Made by a program: the position numbers and the translations under genes. A stretch of DNA of 64,000 bases from Eledone cirrhosa (taxonomy: Eukaryota). Below are positions 1 through 15,487 of this stretch, piece by piece (the stretch's first letter is position 1; every line of letters begins with the position of its first letter). The stretch is from contig OZ024741.1 of the NCBI GenBank assembly GCA_964016885.1, positions 156,550,001 through 156,614,000 of the forward strand, in the 5' to 3' direction. The notes under the pieces are model-generated. The model ran no database searches. It worked only from the letters and a program-made list of their open reading frames with translations, and was not told the DNA's origin.

Positions 1-3000
1 TAGTATCCTTACCTGACTATATAATATAGCAATCAACACCCACATTAGTATCCTGACCTGACTATATAATATAACAATCAACACCCACATTAGTATCCTG
101 ACCTGACTATATAATATAACAATCAACACCCACATTAGTATCCCGACCTGACTATATAATATAACAATCAACACCCACATTAGTATCCTGACTATATAAT
201 ATAACAATCAACACCCACATTAGTATCCTGACCTGACTATATAATATAGCAATCAACACCCACATTAGTATCCTGACCTGACTATATAATATAGCAATCA
301 ACACCCACATTAGTATCCCGACCTGACTATATAATATAACAATCAACACCCACATTAGTATCCTGTCCTGACTATATAATATAGCAATCAACACCCACAT
401 TAGTATCCTGACCTGACTATATAATATAACAATCAACACCCACATTAGTATCCTGACTATATAATATAACAATCAACACCCACATTAGTATCCTGTCCTG
501 ACTATATAATATAGCAATCAACACCCACATTATTATACTGACCTGACTATATAATATAACAATCAACACCCACATTAGTATCCTGACTATATAATATAAC
601 AATCAACACCCACATTAGTATCCTGACTATATAATATAACAATCAACACGCACATTAGTATCCTGACTATATAATATAACAATCAACACCCACATTAGTA
701 TCCTGACCTGACTATATAATATAGCAATCAACACCCACATTAGTATCCTGACCTGACTATATAATATAACAATCAACACCCACATTAGTATCCCGACCTG
801 ACTATATAATATAACAATCAACACCCACATTAGTATCCTGACTATATAATATAACAATCAACACCCACATTAGTATCCTGACCTGACTATATAATATAGC
901 AATCAATACCCACATTAGTATCCCGACCTGACTATATAATATAACAATCAACACCCACATTAGTATCCTGACCTGACTATATAATATAGCAATCAACACC
1001 CACATCAGTATCCTGACCTGACTATATAATATAGCAATCAACACCCACATTAGTATCCCGACCTGACTATATAATATAACAATCAACACCCACATTAGTA
1101 TCCCGACCTGACTATATAATATAACAATCAACACCCACATTAGTATCCTGACTATATAATATAGCAATCAACACCCACATTAGTATCCTGACCTGACTAT
1201 ATAATATAACAATCAACACCCACATTAGTATCCTGACCTGACTATATAATATAACAATCAACACCCACATTAGTATCCTGACTATATAATATAACAATCA
1301 ACACCCACATTAGTATCCTGACCTGACTATATAATATAACAATCAACACCCACATTAGTATCCTGACCTGACTATATAATATAACAATCAACACCCACAT
1401 TAGTATCCCAACCTGACTATATAATATAGCAATCAACACCCACATTAGTATCCCGACCTGACTATATAATATAACAATCAACACCCACATTAGTATCCTG
1501 ACTATATAATATAACAATCAACACCCACATTAGTATCCTGACCTGACTATATAATATAACAATCAACACCCACATTAGTATCCTGACCTGACTATATAAT
1601 ATAACAATCAACACCCACATTAGTATCCCAACCTAACTATATAATATAGCAATCAACACCCACATTAGTATCCCGACCTGACTATATAATATAACAATCA
1701 ACACCCACATTAGTATCCTGACTATATAATATAACAATCAACACCCACATTAGTATCCTGACTTGACTATATAATATAACAATCAACACCCACATTAGTA
1801 TCCTGACCTGACTATATAATATAACAATCAACACCCACATTAGTATCCTGACCTGACTATATAATATAACAATTAACACCCACATTAGTATCCTGAACTG
1901 ACTATATAATATAGCAATCAACACCCACATTAGTATCCTGACTATATAATATAACAATCAACACCCACATTAGTATCCTGACCTGACTATATAATATAAC
2001 AATCAACACCCACATTAGTATCCTGACCTGACTATATAATATAACAATCAACACCCATATTAGTATCCCGACCTGACTATATAATATAGCAATCAACACC
2101 CACATTAGTATCCTGACTATATAATATAACAATCAACACCCACATTAGTATCCTGACCTGACTATATAATATAGCAATCAACACCCACATTAGTATCCTG
2201 ACCTGACTATATAATATAGCAATCAACACCCACATTAGTATCCTGACTATATAATATAACAATCAACACCCACATTAGTATCCTGACCTGACTATATAAT
2301 ATAGCAATCAACACCCACATTAGTATCCTGACTATATAATATAACAATCAACACCCACATTAGTATCCTGACCTGACTATAAAATATAACAATCAACATC
2401 CACATGAGTATCCTGACTATATAATATAACAATCAACACCCACATTAGTATCCTGACCTGACTATATAATATAACAATCAACACCCACATTAGTATCCCG
2501 ACCTGACTATATAATATAACAATCAACACCCACATTAGTATCCTGACTATATAATATAACAATCAACACCCACATTAGTATCCTGACCTGACTATATAAT
2601 ATAGCAATCAACACCCACATTAGTATCCTGACCTGACTATATAATATAACAATCAACACCCACATTAGTATCCTGACTATATAATATAACAATCAACACC
2701 CACATTAGTATCCTGACCTGACTATATAATATAGCAATCAACACCCACATTAGTATCCTGACCTGACTATATAATATAACAATCAACACCCACATTAGTA
2801 TCCTGACTATATAATATAACAATCAACACCCACATTAGTATCCTGACCTGACTATATAATATAACAATCAACACCCACATTAGTATCCTGACCTGACTAT
2901 ATAATATAGCAATCAACACCCACATTAGTATCCCGACCTGACTATATAATATAACAATCAAGACCCACATTAGTATCCTGACTATATAATATAACAATCA

Positions 3001-6000
3001 ACACCCACATTAGTATCCTGACCTGACTATATAATATAACAATCAACACCCACATTAGTATCCTGACCTGACTATATAATATAGCAATCAACACCCACAT
3101 TAGTATCCTGACTATATAATATAACAATCAACACCCACATTAGTATCCTGACCTGACTATATAATATAACAATCAACACCCACATTAGTATCCTGACCTG
3201 ACTATATAATATAACAATCAACACCCACATTAGTATCCCGACCTGACTATATAATATAACAATCAACACCTACTTTAGTATCCCGACCTGACTATATAAT
3301 ATAACAATCAACACCCACATTAGTATCCTGACCTGACTATATAATATAACAATCAACACCCACATTAGTATCCTGACCTGACTATATAATAACGCAATCA
3401 ACACCCACATTAGTATCCTGATCTGACTATATAATATAGCAATCAACACCCACATTAGTATCCTGACCTGACTATATAATATAGCAATCAACACCCACAT
3501 TAGTATCCTGACCTGACTATATAATATAGCAATCAACACCCACATTAGTATCCTGACCTGACTATATAATATAACAATCAACACCCACATTAGTATCCTG
3601 ACTATATAATATAACAATCAACACCCACATTAGTATCCTGACTATATAATATAACAATCAACGCCCACATTAGTATCCTGACCTGACTATATAATATAGC
3701 AATCAACACCCACATTAGTATCCTTTCCTGACTATATAATATAGCAATCAACACCCACATTAGTATCCTGACCTGACTATATAATATAACAATCAACACC
3801 CACATTAGTATCCTGACCTGACTATATAATATAACAATCAACACCCACATTAGTATCCCGACCTGACTATATAATATAACAATCAACACCCACATTAGTA
3901 TCCTGACTATATAATATAACAATCAACACCCACATTAGTATCCTGACCTGACTATATAATATAGCAATCAACACCCACATTAGTATCCTGACCTGACTAT
4001 ATAATATAGCAATCAACACCCACATTAGTATCCCGACCTGACTATATAATATAACAATCAACACCCACATTAGTATCCTGTCCTGACTATATAATATAGC
4101 AATCAACACCCACATTAGTATCCTGACCTGACTATATAATATAACAATCAACACCCACATTAGTATCCTGACTATATAATATAACAATCAACACCCACAT
4201 TAGTATCCTGTCCTGACTATATAATATAGCAATCAACACCCACATTATTATACTGACCTGACTATATAATATAACAATCAACACCCACATTAGTATCCTG
4301 ACTATATAATATAACAATCAACACCCACATTAGTATCCTGACTATATAATATAACAATCAACACGCACATTAGTATCCTGACTATATAATATAACAATCA
4401 ACACCCACATTAGTATCCTGACCTGACTATATAATATAGCAATCAACACCCACATTAGTATCCTGACCTGACTATATAATATAACAATCAACACCCACAT
4501 TAGTATCCCGACCTGACTATATAATATAACAATCAACACCCACATTAGTATCCTGACTATATAATATAACAATCAACACCCACATTAGTATCCTGACCTG
4601 ACTATATAATATAGCAATCAATACCCACATTAGTATCCCGACCTGACTATATAATATAACAATCAACACCCACATTAGTATCCTGACCTGACTATATAAT
4701 ATAGCAATCAACACCCACATCAGTATCCTGACCTGACTATATAATATAGCAATCAACACCCACATTAGTATCCTGACCTGACTATATAATATAACAATCA
4801 ACACCCACATTAGTATCCTGACTATATAATATAACAATCAACACCCACATTAGTATCCTGACCTGACTATATAATATAACAATCAACACCCACATTAGTA
4901 TCCTGACCTGACTATATAATATAACAATCAACACCCACATTAGTATCCCAACCTGACTATATAATATAGCAATCAACACCCACATTAGTATCCCGACCTG
5001 ACTATATAATATAACAATCAACACCCACATTAGTATCCTGACTATATAATATAACAATCAACACCCACATTAGTATCCTGACCTGACTATATAATATAAC
5101 AATCAACACCCACATTAGTATCCTGACCTGACTATATAATATAACAATCAACACCCACATTAGTATCCCAACCTGACTATATAATATAGCAATCAACACC
5201 CACATTAGTATCCCGACCTGACTATATAATATAACAATCAACACCCACATTAGTATCCTGACTATATAATATAACAATCAACACCCACATTAGTATCCTG
5301 ACTTGACTATATAATATAACAATCAACACCCACATTAGTATCCTGACCTGACTATATAATATAACAATCAACACCCACATTAGTATCCTGACCTGACTAT
5401 ATAATATAACAATTAACACCCACATTAGTATCCTGACCTGACTATATAATATAGCAATCAACACCCACATTAGTATCCTGACTATATAATATAACAATCA
5501 ACACCCACATTAGTATCCTGACCTGACTATATAATATAACAATCAACACCCACATTAGTATCCTGACCTGACTATATAATATAACAATCAACACCCATAT
5601 TAGTATCCCGACCTGACTATATAATATAGCAATCAACACCCACATTAGTATCCTGACTATATAATATAACAATCAACACCCACATTAGTATCCTGACCTG
5701 ACTATATAATATAGCAATCAACACCCACATTAGTATCCTGACCTGACTATATAATATAGCAATCAACACCCACATTAGTATCCTGACTATATAATATAAC
5801 AATCAACACCCACATTAGTATCCTGACCTGACTATATAATATAGCAATCAACACCCACATTAGTATCCTGACTATATAATATAACAATCAACACCCACAT
5901 TAGTATCCTGACCTGACTATAAAATATAACAATCAACATCCACATGAGTATCCTGACTATATAATATAACAATCAACACCCACATTAGTATCCTGACCTG

Positions 6001-8415
6001 ACTATATAATATAACAATCAACACCCACATTAGTATCCCGACCTGACTATATAAGATAACAATCAACACCCACATTAGTATCCTGACTATATAATATAAC
6101 AATCAACACCCACATTAGTATCCTGACTATATAATATAACAATCAACACCCACATTAGTATCCTGACCTGACTATATAATATAGCAATCAACACCCACAT
6201 TAGTATCCTGACCTGACTATATAATATAACAATCAACACCCACATTAGTATCCTGACTATATAATATAACAATCAACACCCACATTAGTATCCTGACCTG
6301 ACTATATAATATAACAATCAACACCCACATTAGTATCCTGACTATATAATATAACAATCAACACCCACATTAGTATCCTGACCTGACTATATAATATAGC
6401 AATCAACACCCACATTAGTATCCCGACCTGACTATATAATATAACAATCAAGACCCACATTAGTATCCTGACTATATAATATAACAATCAACACCCACAT
6501 TAGTATCCTGACCTGACTATATAATATAACAATCAACACCCACATTAGTATCCTGACCTGACTATATAATATAGCAATCAACACCCACATTAGTATCCTG
6601 ACTATATAATATAACAATCAACACCCACATTAGTATCCTGACCTGACTATATAATATAACAATCAACACCTACTTTAGTATCCCGACCTGACTATTTAAT
6701 ATAACAATCAACACCCACATTAGTATCCTGACCTGACTATATAATATAACAATCAACACCCACATTAGTATCCTGACCTGACTATATAATAACGCAATTA
6801 ACACCCACATTAGTATCCTGATCTGACTATATAATATAGCAATCAACACCCACATTAGTATCCTGACCTGACTATATAATATAGCAATCAACACCCACAT
6901 TAGTATCCTGACCTGACTATATAATATAGCAATCAACACCCACATTAGTATCCTGACCTGACTATATAATATAGCAATCAACACCCACATTAGTATCCTG
7001 ACTATATAATATAACAATCAACACCCACATTAGTATCCTGACCTGACTATATAATATAGAAATCAACACCCACATTAGTATCCTGACTATATAATATAAC
7101 AATCAACACCCACATTAGTATCCTGACCTGACTATATAATATAACAATCAACACCCACATTAGTATCCTGACTATATAATATAACAATCAACACCCACAT
7201 TAGTATCCTGACCTGACTATATAATATAACAATCAACACCCACATTAGTATCCCGACCTGACTATATAATATAACAATCAACACCCACATTAGTATCCTG
7301 ACTATATAATATAACAATCAACACCCACATTAGTATCCTGACCTGACTATATAATATAGCAATCAACACCCACATTAGTATCCCGACCTGACTATATAAT
7401 ATAACAATCAACACCCACATTAGTATCCTGACTATATAATATAACAATCAACACCCACATTAGTATCCTGACCTGACTATATAATATAGCAATCAACACC
7501 CACATTAGTATCCCGACCTGACTATATAATATAACAATCAACACCCACATTAGTATCCTGACTATATAATATAACAATCAACACCCACATTAGTATCCTG
7601 ACCTGACTATATAATATAACAATCAACACCCACATTAGTATCCTGACCTGACTATATAATATAACAATCAACACCCACATTAGTATCCTGACCTGACTAT
7701 ATAATATAGCAATCAACACCCACATTAGTATCCTGACCTGACTATATAATATAACAATCAACACCCACATTAGTATCCTGACTATATAATATAACAATCA
7801 ACACCCACATTAGTATCCTGACCTGACTATATAATATAACAATCAACACCCACATTAGTATCCTGACCTGACTATATAATATAGCAATCAACACCCACAT
7901 TAGTATCCTGACTATATAATATAACAATCAACACCCACATTAGTATCCTGACCTGACTATATAATATAACAATCAACACCCACATTAGTATCCAGACCTG
8001 ACTATATAATATAACAATCAACACCCACATTAGTATACCGACCTGACTATATAATATAACAATCAACACCCACATTAGTATCCTGACCTGACTATATAAT
8101 ATAACAATCAACACCTACATTAGTATCCCGACCTGACTATATAATATAACAATCAACACCCACATTAGTTTCCTGACCTGACTATATAATATAACAATCA
8201 ACACCCACATTAGTATCCTGACCTGACTATATAATATAACAATCAACACCCACATTAGTATCCTGACTATATAATATAACAATCAACACCCACATTAGTA
8301 TCCTGACTATATACTATAGCAATCAACACCCACCTTAGTATCCTGACTATATAATATAACAATCAACACCATATCAGAATCATATCTTCACTATATAATA
8401 TAGCAATCAACATCC
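1..8415. repeat. Tandem satellite, 45-bp unit (acctgactatataatataacaatcaacacccacattagtatcctg) mixed with a 40-bp variant lacking acctg; runs off the window start
   Basis: Near-identical units visible throughout; recurring variants ataac/atagc and tcctg/tcccg; units degrade at ~8300-8415. Confidence 0.98.
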
Positions 8416-8732
8416 ACGTTCTCACGCACGGTGGCTCTTCGATTCCCACAGCTGTTGCCTTCCCTGTATAAAAGCCATATATGTAGCAATTTTTCATCAC
8501 AGAAAAACAAACTGCTATGTTGCCGGATTAACTGGAACCCAAGAACGGACCGATTTACTGCCATGGAACGCAAACAAACAAAAAATAATTATAAAATAAT
8601 TAAATCAAGAAATCATTTATTTATCTATGACTAGCTTCTTCAAACAATAGATTGGAATGTTATGAATTCTCTGTAGATATCGGGTTAAAGGGGCTTTGTT
8701 TATTAATTTTGAAGTGAAGAATGGATTATAAT

Positions 8733-8830
8733 AATTGTTTCTACTTTTGGCAGAAGGCCAGCAAAAATACCAGTGTATTACTGGTACTTTATTTTATCGA
8801 CCCCGTAAGGATGAAAGGTAACCTCGGCAA
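8733..8830 (-). mobile_element. tRNA-derived SINE, 3' part
   Basis: ctggtactttattttatcgaccccgtaaggatgaaagg is the reverse complement of the core seen at 27090-27135 and 28375-28420. Confidence 0.8.
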
Positions 8831-8844
8831 TGTTATGTGAACAG

Positions 8845-8991
8845 TTGTTATTGTTGTTTTTGTTGTCGGTGGTGGTGGTGGCGGTGGTGGGGTTGGAGGT
8901 AGTCGTGGTGGTAGTGTTGTTGGTGGTGGTACTGGTGGTGGTGGTGGTCGTGGTGGTGGTGGTGGGGTTGGAGGTGGTAGTGGTGGTAGTG

Positions 8992-9023
<32 letters not shown>

Positions 9024-9785
9024 GGTAGTTGTGGTGGCGGTGGTGGGGTTGATGGTGGTAGTGGTGGTGGTTGTGGTTGTTGTTGTTGTTGCTGTCGTTG
9101 GTAGTGGTGGTAGTGTTGGTGGCGGTGGTAGTGGTGGTGATGGTGTTGGTGGTGGTGGCGGCGGTGGTGGATGTGATCGTGGTGGTGGTGGTGGTGGTAG
9201 GGTTGATTGTGGTGGTTGTTGTTGTTGTTGTTGCTCTCGTTGGTAGTGGTGGTAGTGTTGGTGATGGTAGTTGTGGTGGCAGTGGTAGTGGTGTTGGTGG
9301 TGGCGGCGGCGATGGTAGTATTGTTGATGTTAGTGGTTTCAGTGGTCGCAGGAGCTTAAGTGGTGGTTTCAGTGTTGGCGTTGTTGATAGTGTTATTATC
9401 TTGTTTGTAGTAGTGCCACTCTTCGTGTTGGTATGGCGTCAGTCTTGTTCTTGGTGTTGTTGTTGTTGTTGGTGGTGGTGGTGATGGTAGTGGTGGCGAT
9501 GTTGATGGTGGTGCTGGGTGTAATCGTTGATCTGGTTGTTGTTGGGGTGGTTGTTGGTGTTGTTGTTGTTGATGATGTGGTTATTGGCGTGGTTGTTGTT
9601 GATGTGGTTGCTGATTATGATATTACTTTTGTAGTTGTTTATGGTGTGCTTGTTGTTGGTGTTGTTGCATTTGATGTAGTCATTGGTGTTGTTGTTGGTG
9701 TGATAGTTGGTATTATCGTTAGTGTTTTTATTTTTTACTTTTGTATGATATTGCGGTGGTGGTGGTGTGGTTGTTATTGCTGCTG
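8845..9785. repeat. (GGT/GTT)n low-complexity trinucleotide region
   Basis: Composition; predicted ORFs are only poly-V/G/L. Confidence 0.9.
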
Positions 9786-10251
9786 TTTGCGCCAGGTCAG
9801 CTGTGATCGATAAGAACTCTCTATGATCAAAGAATTTCCAACCAATGATTATCTCATCTTTTTCATTTTTTCCAAATTTGGGATTGATGATGGATCTTCC
9901 GTCGGTTATGAGGATGATTATTCAGTTATTCGAACACTTGTTTATCGATCTCTGTTTATTGATTGGCGAAAATAGGTAGGTATCACAATGCGCTGATTTT
10001 ACATTGTTAAATGATTATATGTATACATTCATTTGATTTATTGATTTATTGATTTTTTATCTGAGTGTCCCGAATCTTCCAGATCGCAACTTTTCGATCG
10101 TACGGTTGATTATAGACTTGTTCTATGTGTGACGGTATTTTAACGATAGTTATAGCTCTGATTTATCTAAATTATGGAGCCCTCTGCCGCTCATATCGAA
10201 TTTTGTTTATCGTGAACTCGTGCGCCGATTTTTCGATACTCGATTATTCTA

Positions 10252-10294
<43 letters not shown>

Positions 10295-10303
<9 letters not shown>

Positions 10304-11140
10304 TAAAACATGTCTATAGAATCACAAGATAAAATATATACTATTTCCTCTCCCAATTAGCATAATTAACTATATAAAAAATCGAATAGACCAGGCTATA
10401 CGAATGAGGCTTCTATGAAGGAATCTCCGACAAATAACCAAAACTAGCGCTTCGTGTCGGCCGTAGCAGAATATTTATCGAATATTTCGACAGCGTAATC
10501 GCCTAGATACAGTCAACTAAGCTGAATTAGGTTTAAAATAAACTAGGAGAAATTAGAATACATTTAAATACCTCTACCATGGTTTCGTCCGTGTTTTGAT
10601 TTTTCCAATAATTATGTAATAATTATATAAACTCGAGCGCCGGATTCTTCAGGAAGCTCGCTCATATATAGACATTAAATTTTCCAAAACGATCGCGCCA
10701 AGAATTCATTTCAAAATGGCTAAAAATCGTGACGTAGTCGCGGTCAAGTTGGAAGGGGTGTGGTAGTTGCTTACGACTGGTGGCATTTTCGCTAGAAAGC
10801 ACAGGACAATACAGCCAAATTTTTATCTCAATCTAGTCGGAGATTATTACATATAAAAGTTTACATATATATATACATACACATACATATACGTGTTTTG
10901 CAACCGGTCACTTTGTGGCTCAATGAAAAATTAATAAATTAAACAATCAGAGCTATATATCATAAAACATGTCTATGAATCACAAGATAAAATATATACT
11001 ATTTCCTCTCCCAATTAGCATAATTAACTATATAAAAAATCGAATAAACCAGGCTATACGAATGAGGCTTCTATGAAGGAATCTCCGACAAATAACCAAA
11101 ACTAGCGCTTCGCGTCGGCCGTAGCAGAATATTTATCCAA
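10295..11140 (-). mobile_element. Partial-tandem non-coding element (~185-bp direct repeats ~660 bp apart) containing a hammerhead motif
   Basis: 10295-10480 is nearly identical to 10955-11140; (TA)n on the left flank. Confidence 0.65.
10570..10657 (-). ncRNA. Type-I hammerhead ribozyme motif with long stem-II insert
   Basis: Minus strand: gcttc-CTGAAGA-atccg...cggac-GAAA-ccatgg-TA-gaggt; palindromic stem III, GUA site. Confidence 0.7.
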
Positions 11141-11153
11141 TATATATGTATGT

Positions 11154-12110
11154 ACTAGACATGAAAAATGCGCAAGCTCAAAAGTGCCACAGAATGTTAT
11201 AATAAACCTTCAAAAGTGTGGGACTAGAGTTGTTGCTAAAAAATATTGTAATCATTATATATCGTACATTCTGTGGCATCCTTTATAAAAATAGCTTAAA
11301 CCAACGAAGCCTTTATTTTTACGCTATTTCACTTAGTTAATTCTTAGAGTGTAACATATAAAAATATCATTTACAACTATAAAATAAATTAATTAATATA
11401 ATAACAGAGCTGCGGAGCTGAAATTTAGGAAATAATGGAGTATCGGATCCTGAGTTGGAGCCAGTCAATTTTTGGCCGACTCCGCAGCCCTGTATAATAC
11501 ATTTCATATTAAAGTTATTAATAAACCTATTTTACACTTCATGCAAATTACCACGAGATATTGATATTAGATATAAGATACAGCGCAATATCTACAGCTG
11601 TAAAAGTACGAAAGCGAAGTAATAATAAGTGGCTTAAGGTAATTCCAATATGAAAGTTTGTAGTGATAAAAATTTGATAATGCAATACGATTGTTAATAT
11701 TATAGTTCTATGAAAATGTAACAATAGATAACTAAATTATTTTACTATTAGTATATTTAAGAAATTATCATTATAGATTTGATCGTTCATATAAGCATCA
11801 TATTAAGTTTCAACACAATTATTTTGTTACTATGAGTATATGATAATAATATTACGTAATTATTTATAGCTGTTATTACATTAAACATAGATGTATTTAT
11901 TTTTATATGTTACACTCTAAGAATTAACTAAGTGAAATAGCGTAAAAATAAAGGCTTCGTTGGTTTAAGCTATTTTTATAAAGGATGCCACAGAATGTAC
12001 GATATATAATGATTACAATATTTTTTAGCAACAACTCTAGTCCCACACTTTTGAAGGTTTATTATAACATTCTGTGGCACTTTTGAGCTTGCGCATTTTT
12101 CATGTCTAGT
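11154..12110. repeat. Inverted repeat, 213-bp arms (11154-11366 / 11898-12110), ~530-bp spacer
   Basis: Arms are reverse complements with no mismatch found by eye. Confidence 0.9.
11405..11492. mobile_element. Small hAT-like MITE
   Basis: TIR cagagctgcggag / ctccgcagccctg; flanking 8-mers tataataa / tataatac resemble an 8-bp TSD. Confidence 0.55.
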
Positions 12111-12664
12111 TTAATATTTTTTTAAGGCAACGCTTGTAATAACTCTAGTTAAACAGGATATATATTAATAATAAATTATCGTTGTAATGTAATTAGATTA
12201 TGTAATTGTTATTATAAATTATCTTATAAATATTAGTGTAAGATGTATAAAAATATTTTCAGACTTTTAATATAAACAACTACAAAAAACAATCAATATT
12301 AAATCAATATATTATACATAATAGAAAACATAAAATATACAATACAAAAACAAAATATTTACATACAATTGCAATTATCAGTGTATATACATTTTCTTTA
12401 TATTCCCTGAGCAAATTAATAAGATTTGTTTTTATTGTACATAATTTGATGACTTGTTGGAGTGTATTAAAAGATAGCAACAATTTGTGATTAAATTGTT
12501 ATCTTAAGCAACTCACTTTTTAATAGTTGTTGGCTGAGCGAAATTGTAAAAGCCTATGAGCAAATATAAAAAAAAATACACAAACAACATTTCCTTGTGT
12601 TATTACAACATTAGATAAAATAATTGAGCAATGTCGTTATATTTTGCTCTTATTGCACATTAAT

Positions 12665-12830
12665 AGTGTTTCTATTTTTCGGCACAAATCCATTACGGCA
12701 GTCCATTACTGGTACTTTATTTTATCGAATTAGTAAGTATGAAAGTCGAAGTTAACCTCGGCAGGATTTGAACTTAGAATGCAAAGGACCATAACAATAC
12801 TGCAAAGCATGGTGTCTGACGCTCTACCAA
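12665..12830 (-). mobile_element. tRNA-derived SINE copy
   Basis: Same core plus B-box-like gttcaaatcc on the minus strand. Confidence 0.8.
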
Positions 12831-13227
12831 TACTTGTGTTGAGCTGGTCATTAATTTATGGTGGTCGTGCGTGGAGTAGAGCAATCGCTAGTTGAAATAT
12901 TATGAACAAAACATTTTTATTTGCCGAAGAACATATTTTCAATACTGTTTGTGAATGTGACGAAGGAAATACATTCTGATATGGAACAGTGTACAAAGTG
13001 TGTCTGTGAATAACATAATGTTACCTCATGTTGTTGTCAAGACATAATGGATTTTGTATATCCAGTTAGAAGATGAAACCTAGCCATCTCGGATTAGTTA
13101 TATTTCATGCCATGTGTAAACGTGTTTGAGGATAGCAAAATATGCGCGTTAATTATAATAATTAGTTAATAATATTACAAAATATACCTAATTAAACTCT
13201 TTGCTTGAAATTTTATCATTCTTCGTT

Positions 13228-13264
<37 letters not shown>

Positions 13265-14729
13265 GGAGAGAGATTTATCTAGTCCTTCGCTCAAGATTAA
13301 TCTATAAGTTTAGATGTTTGCCTTCGTTTAAGTAAATATTACAGTAAGATTTTTAATATAAACAACTACAAAAAACAATTAATATTAAAACGAAAAAATT
13401 ATCAATGATAAAAGAAGCGGATGCAACTTTTTTTTTTATAAAGTTATATTCCTGTTTCTTTAAAGAACATTTCATTTTTGTTCTATTGTAGGCGAAATAA
13501 TGCAATGGTTTAATAGGGAAGATATAACTTACGAATTATGTCTCTAACCGTGTAACGCTTTTTAAGTAGATAACTACAATTGAAAATACTAAAGAAATGG
13601 AACCAACAATTCAATTTGAAAGTCGTCTAGTGACAGTGTATTACTGGTACTTTATTTTATCGACCCCGTAACGATGAAAGGCAAAAATGCAAATGCTTAA
13701 AATTTAAATTGCCTTAATTCTATCGTCTGCTGTTTCATTAAAGGGAGATTATCGTCTGTATTTAATTCTATCGTCTACTGTTCCACTAAACAGATATACC
13801 TCCACTATCGTCTCTATTTATACATTTTAACTTATAACTTATACACATTTGATTTGAAATATTTTATCTAGTCCCCCCTCTCAATATTATGATGATTTCT
13901 TTCGAATGAAACAGTTCTAGTCCTGTAGAAACCATTTATATATATAATTGAACTGAGTTAAAAATTCAAAATATTTATAATTAAATAAGCTCATATATAT
14001 ATGTGTGTATTTATCTGTTTATTGTATTATATATAATGTGTGTATATACAGGATGTCCCCCAAAAATATATACACACTTCAACAGCATTCTAATAACTAT
14101 TGCCTGTACAGGTAATCAAAGTGTCAATCGAATGTTAGTTTCGTGTTTTAACAGTACAAATTTACAATACACACATAAAACCAGTGTATATACATACATG
14201 AGTGTGTATACACATACATGAATGTGTATATACAATATATATGTATATATATATAGACACATATATTCACGGTGCAACGGTACATTAAAATATAGATGCG
14301 GGAGAGGGGGGGGGGTGTATATATAGGGGCGCTGGGGATAAAGGAGTGTAAAGCGTGTGTAATTGATATATTGAAGGAGAGGAGCGTGCAGCGATAGAGT
14401 AACAAATATATAGAGAGGGGGAGAGATGGTATTGAAGGGGAGGAGTGCAAAGCGAAAGAGTAAGAGATATATATAGAGACGGAACAGATAGAGAGAAACA
14501 GGCGTAAGTAACAGTGGAAGAGATATAGAGAGAAGTACTCTGATTGGTTGAAAATTAGCCAATGACATACGATCACCACCACCACGGCTATCCCCGAAAA
14601 ATTTTTTAAGAAGCTACGCATATATGTTAGAACACGAAAAGTGAACATTCTGTTGTTTCACACTTTTCGTGTTCTAACAGATATACATATATTTATATAA
14701 TCATTTAACAATGTATACAAATTAGGCTG

Positions 14730-15115
14730 CTCAGCCGTTAATATGCATAAGGAAAATATATACTTTCAGACGTTCAACCATCTGGCAGGAAGGTATACGA
14801 TGCTGACGATAGCTAATAAGCTTGAAACTATACATCGTTCCTGTGTCAGTGTTGAACAAAAAGGTGACGTGGTTGCCTAAACACTGTACGGCATAATTCG
14901 GGCTGTTTGTTTGTTTACAAACAAACAAACCGAGCATTTTAATAAATGTTCGGTAAACCGATACGTGCATATATATATGTGTGCATGTATGTATAAATAT
15001 ACATACTACTGTACGTCTGTATTCATATAAGTATGTACGTATACATACATACATACTTACATTTAAGTAACTGCCGTACTAAGAGTGAGAAATGAAATTT
15101 CGTTTCATTCTATTC
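14730..15115 (+). mobile_element. Single copy of a ~380-bp hammerhead-bearing non-coding family (also at 37 kb and 44 kb)
   Basis: cgatg-CTGACGA-tagctaataagctt-GAAA-cta-TA-catcg at 14798-14837 (stem III lacks one base); homologous to 36950-37630 and 44160-44785. Confidence 0.7.
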
Positions 15116-15116
15116 C

Positions 15117-15171
<55 letters not shown>

Positions 15172-15290
15172 AACCAGTAAGACCCCGACGGCTGAGCTCA
15201 CTACCCCAAGTATTGAGTACTTTGGTGCGTTATGGTCCACCTGGTTCCTTACCACATTTCCTTCGTTATATATATATATATATATATATA

Positions 15291-15487
15291 TCGTTTCTGA
15301 ATTTGTTTAGCAAGATTCTTTATCTGAAAACGTGTGTTGAAACCGATATTGTTATACTTTGGGAGGGTCATGTTGCCAATAAGAAACACACGCACCAGTT
15401 GCTTTCACTTCAATTTATTATAATAAATTGAAGTGAAAGCAACTGGTGCGCGTGTTTCTTATTGGCAACATGACCCTCCCAAAGTAT

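Noticed and set aside
1-8415. CRISPR-like array, or hydrophobic repeat proteins (VRILMWVLIVILYSQ)n
   Set aside because: No unique spacers or cas genes; the ORFs arise because the 45-bp unit is stop-free in one frame and are broken by every 40-bp unit
8830-9813. Val/Gly-rich ORFs
   Set aside because: Translations of GGT/GTT low-complexity DNA
14047-14080. Tc1/mariner-like TIR (tacaggatgtccc)
   Set aside because: No matching opposite end or transposase found
15325-15360. Hammerhead-like CTGAAAA...GAAA
   Set aside because: Core lacks G8 and the homologous site at ~61755-61775 does not conserve it
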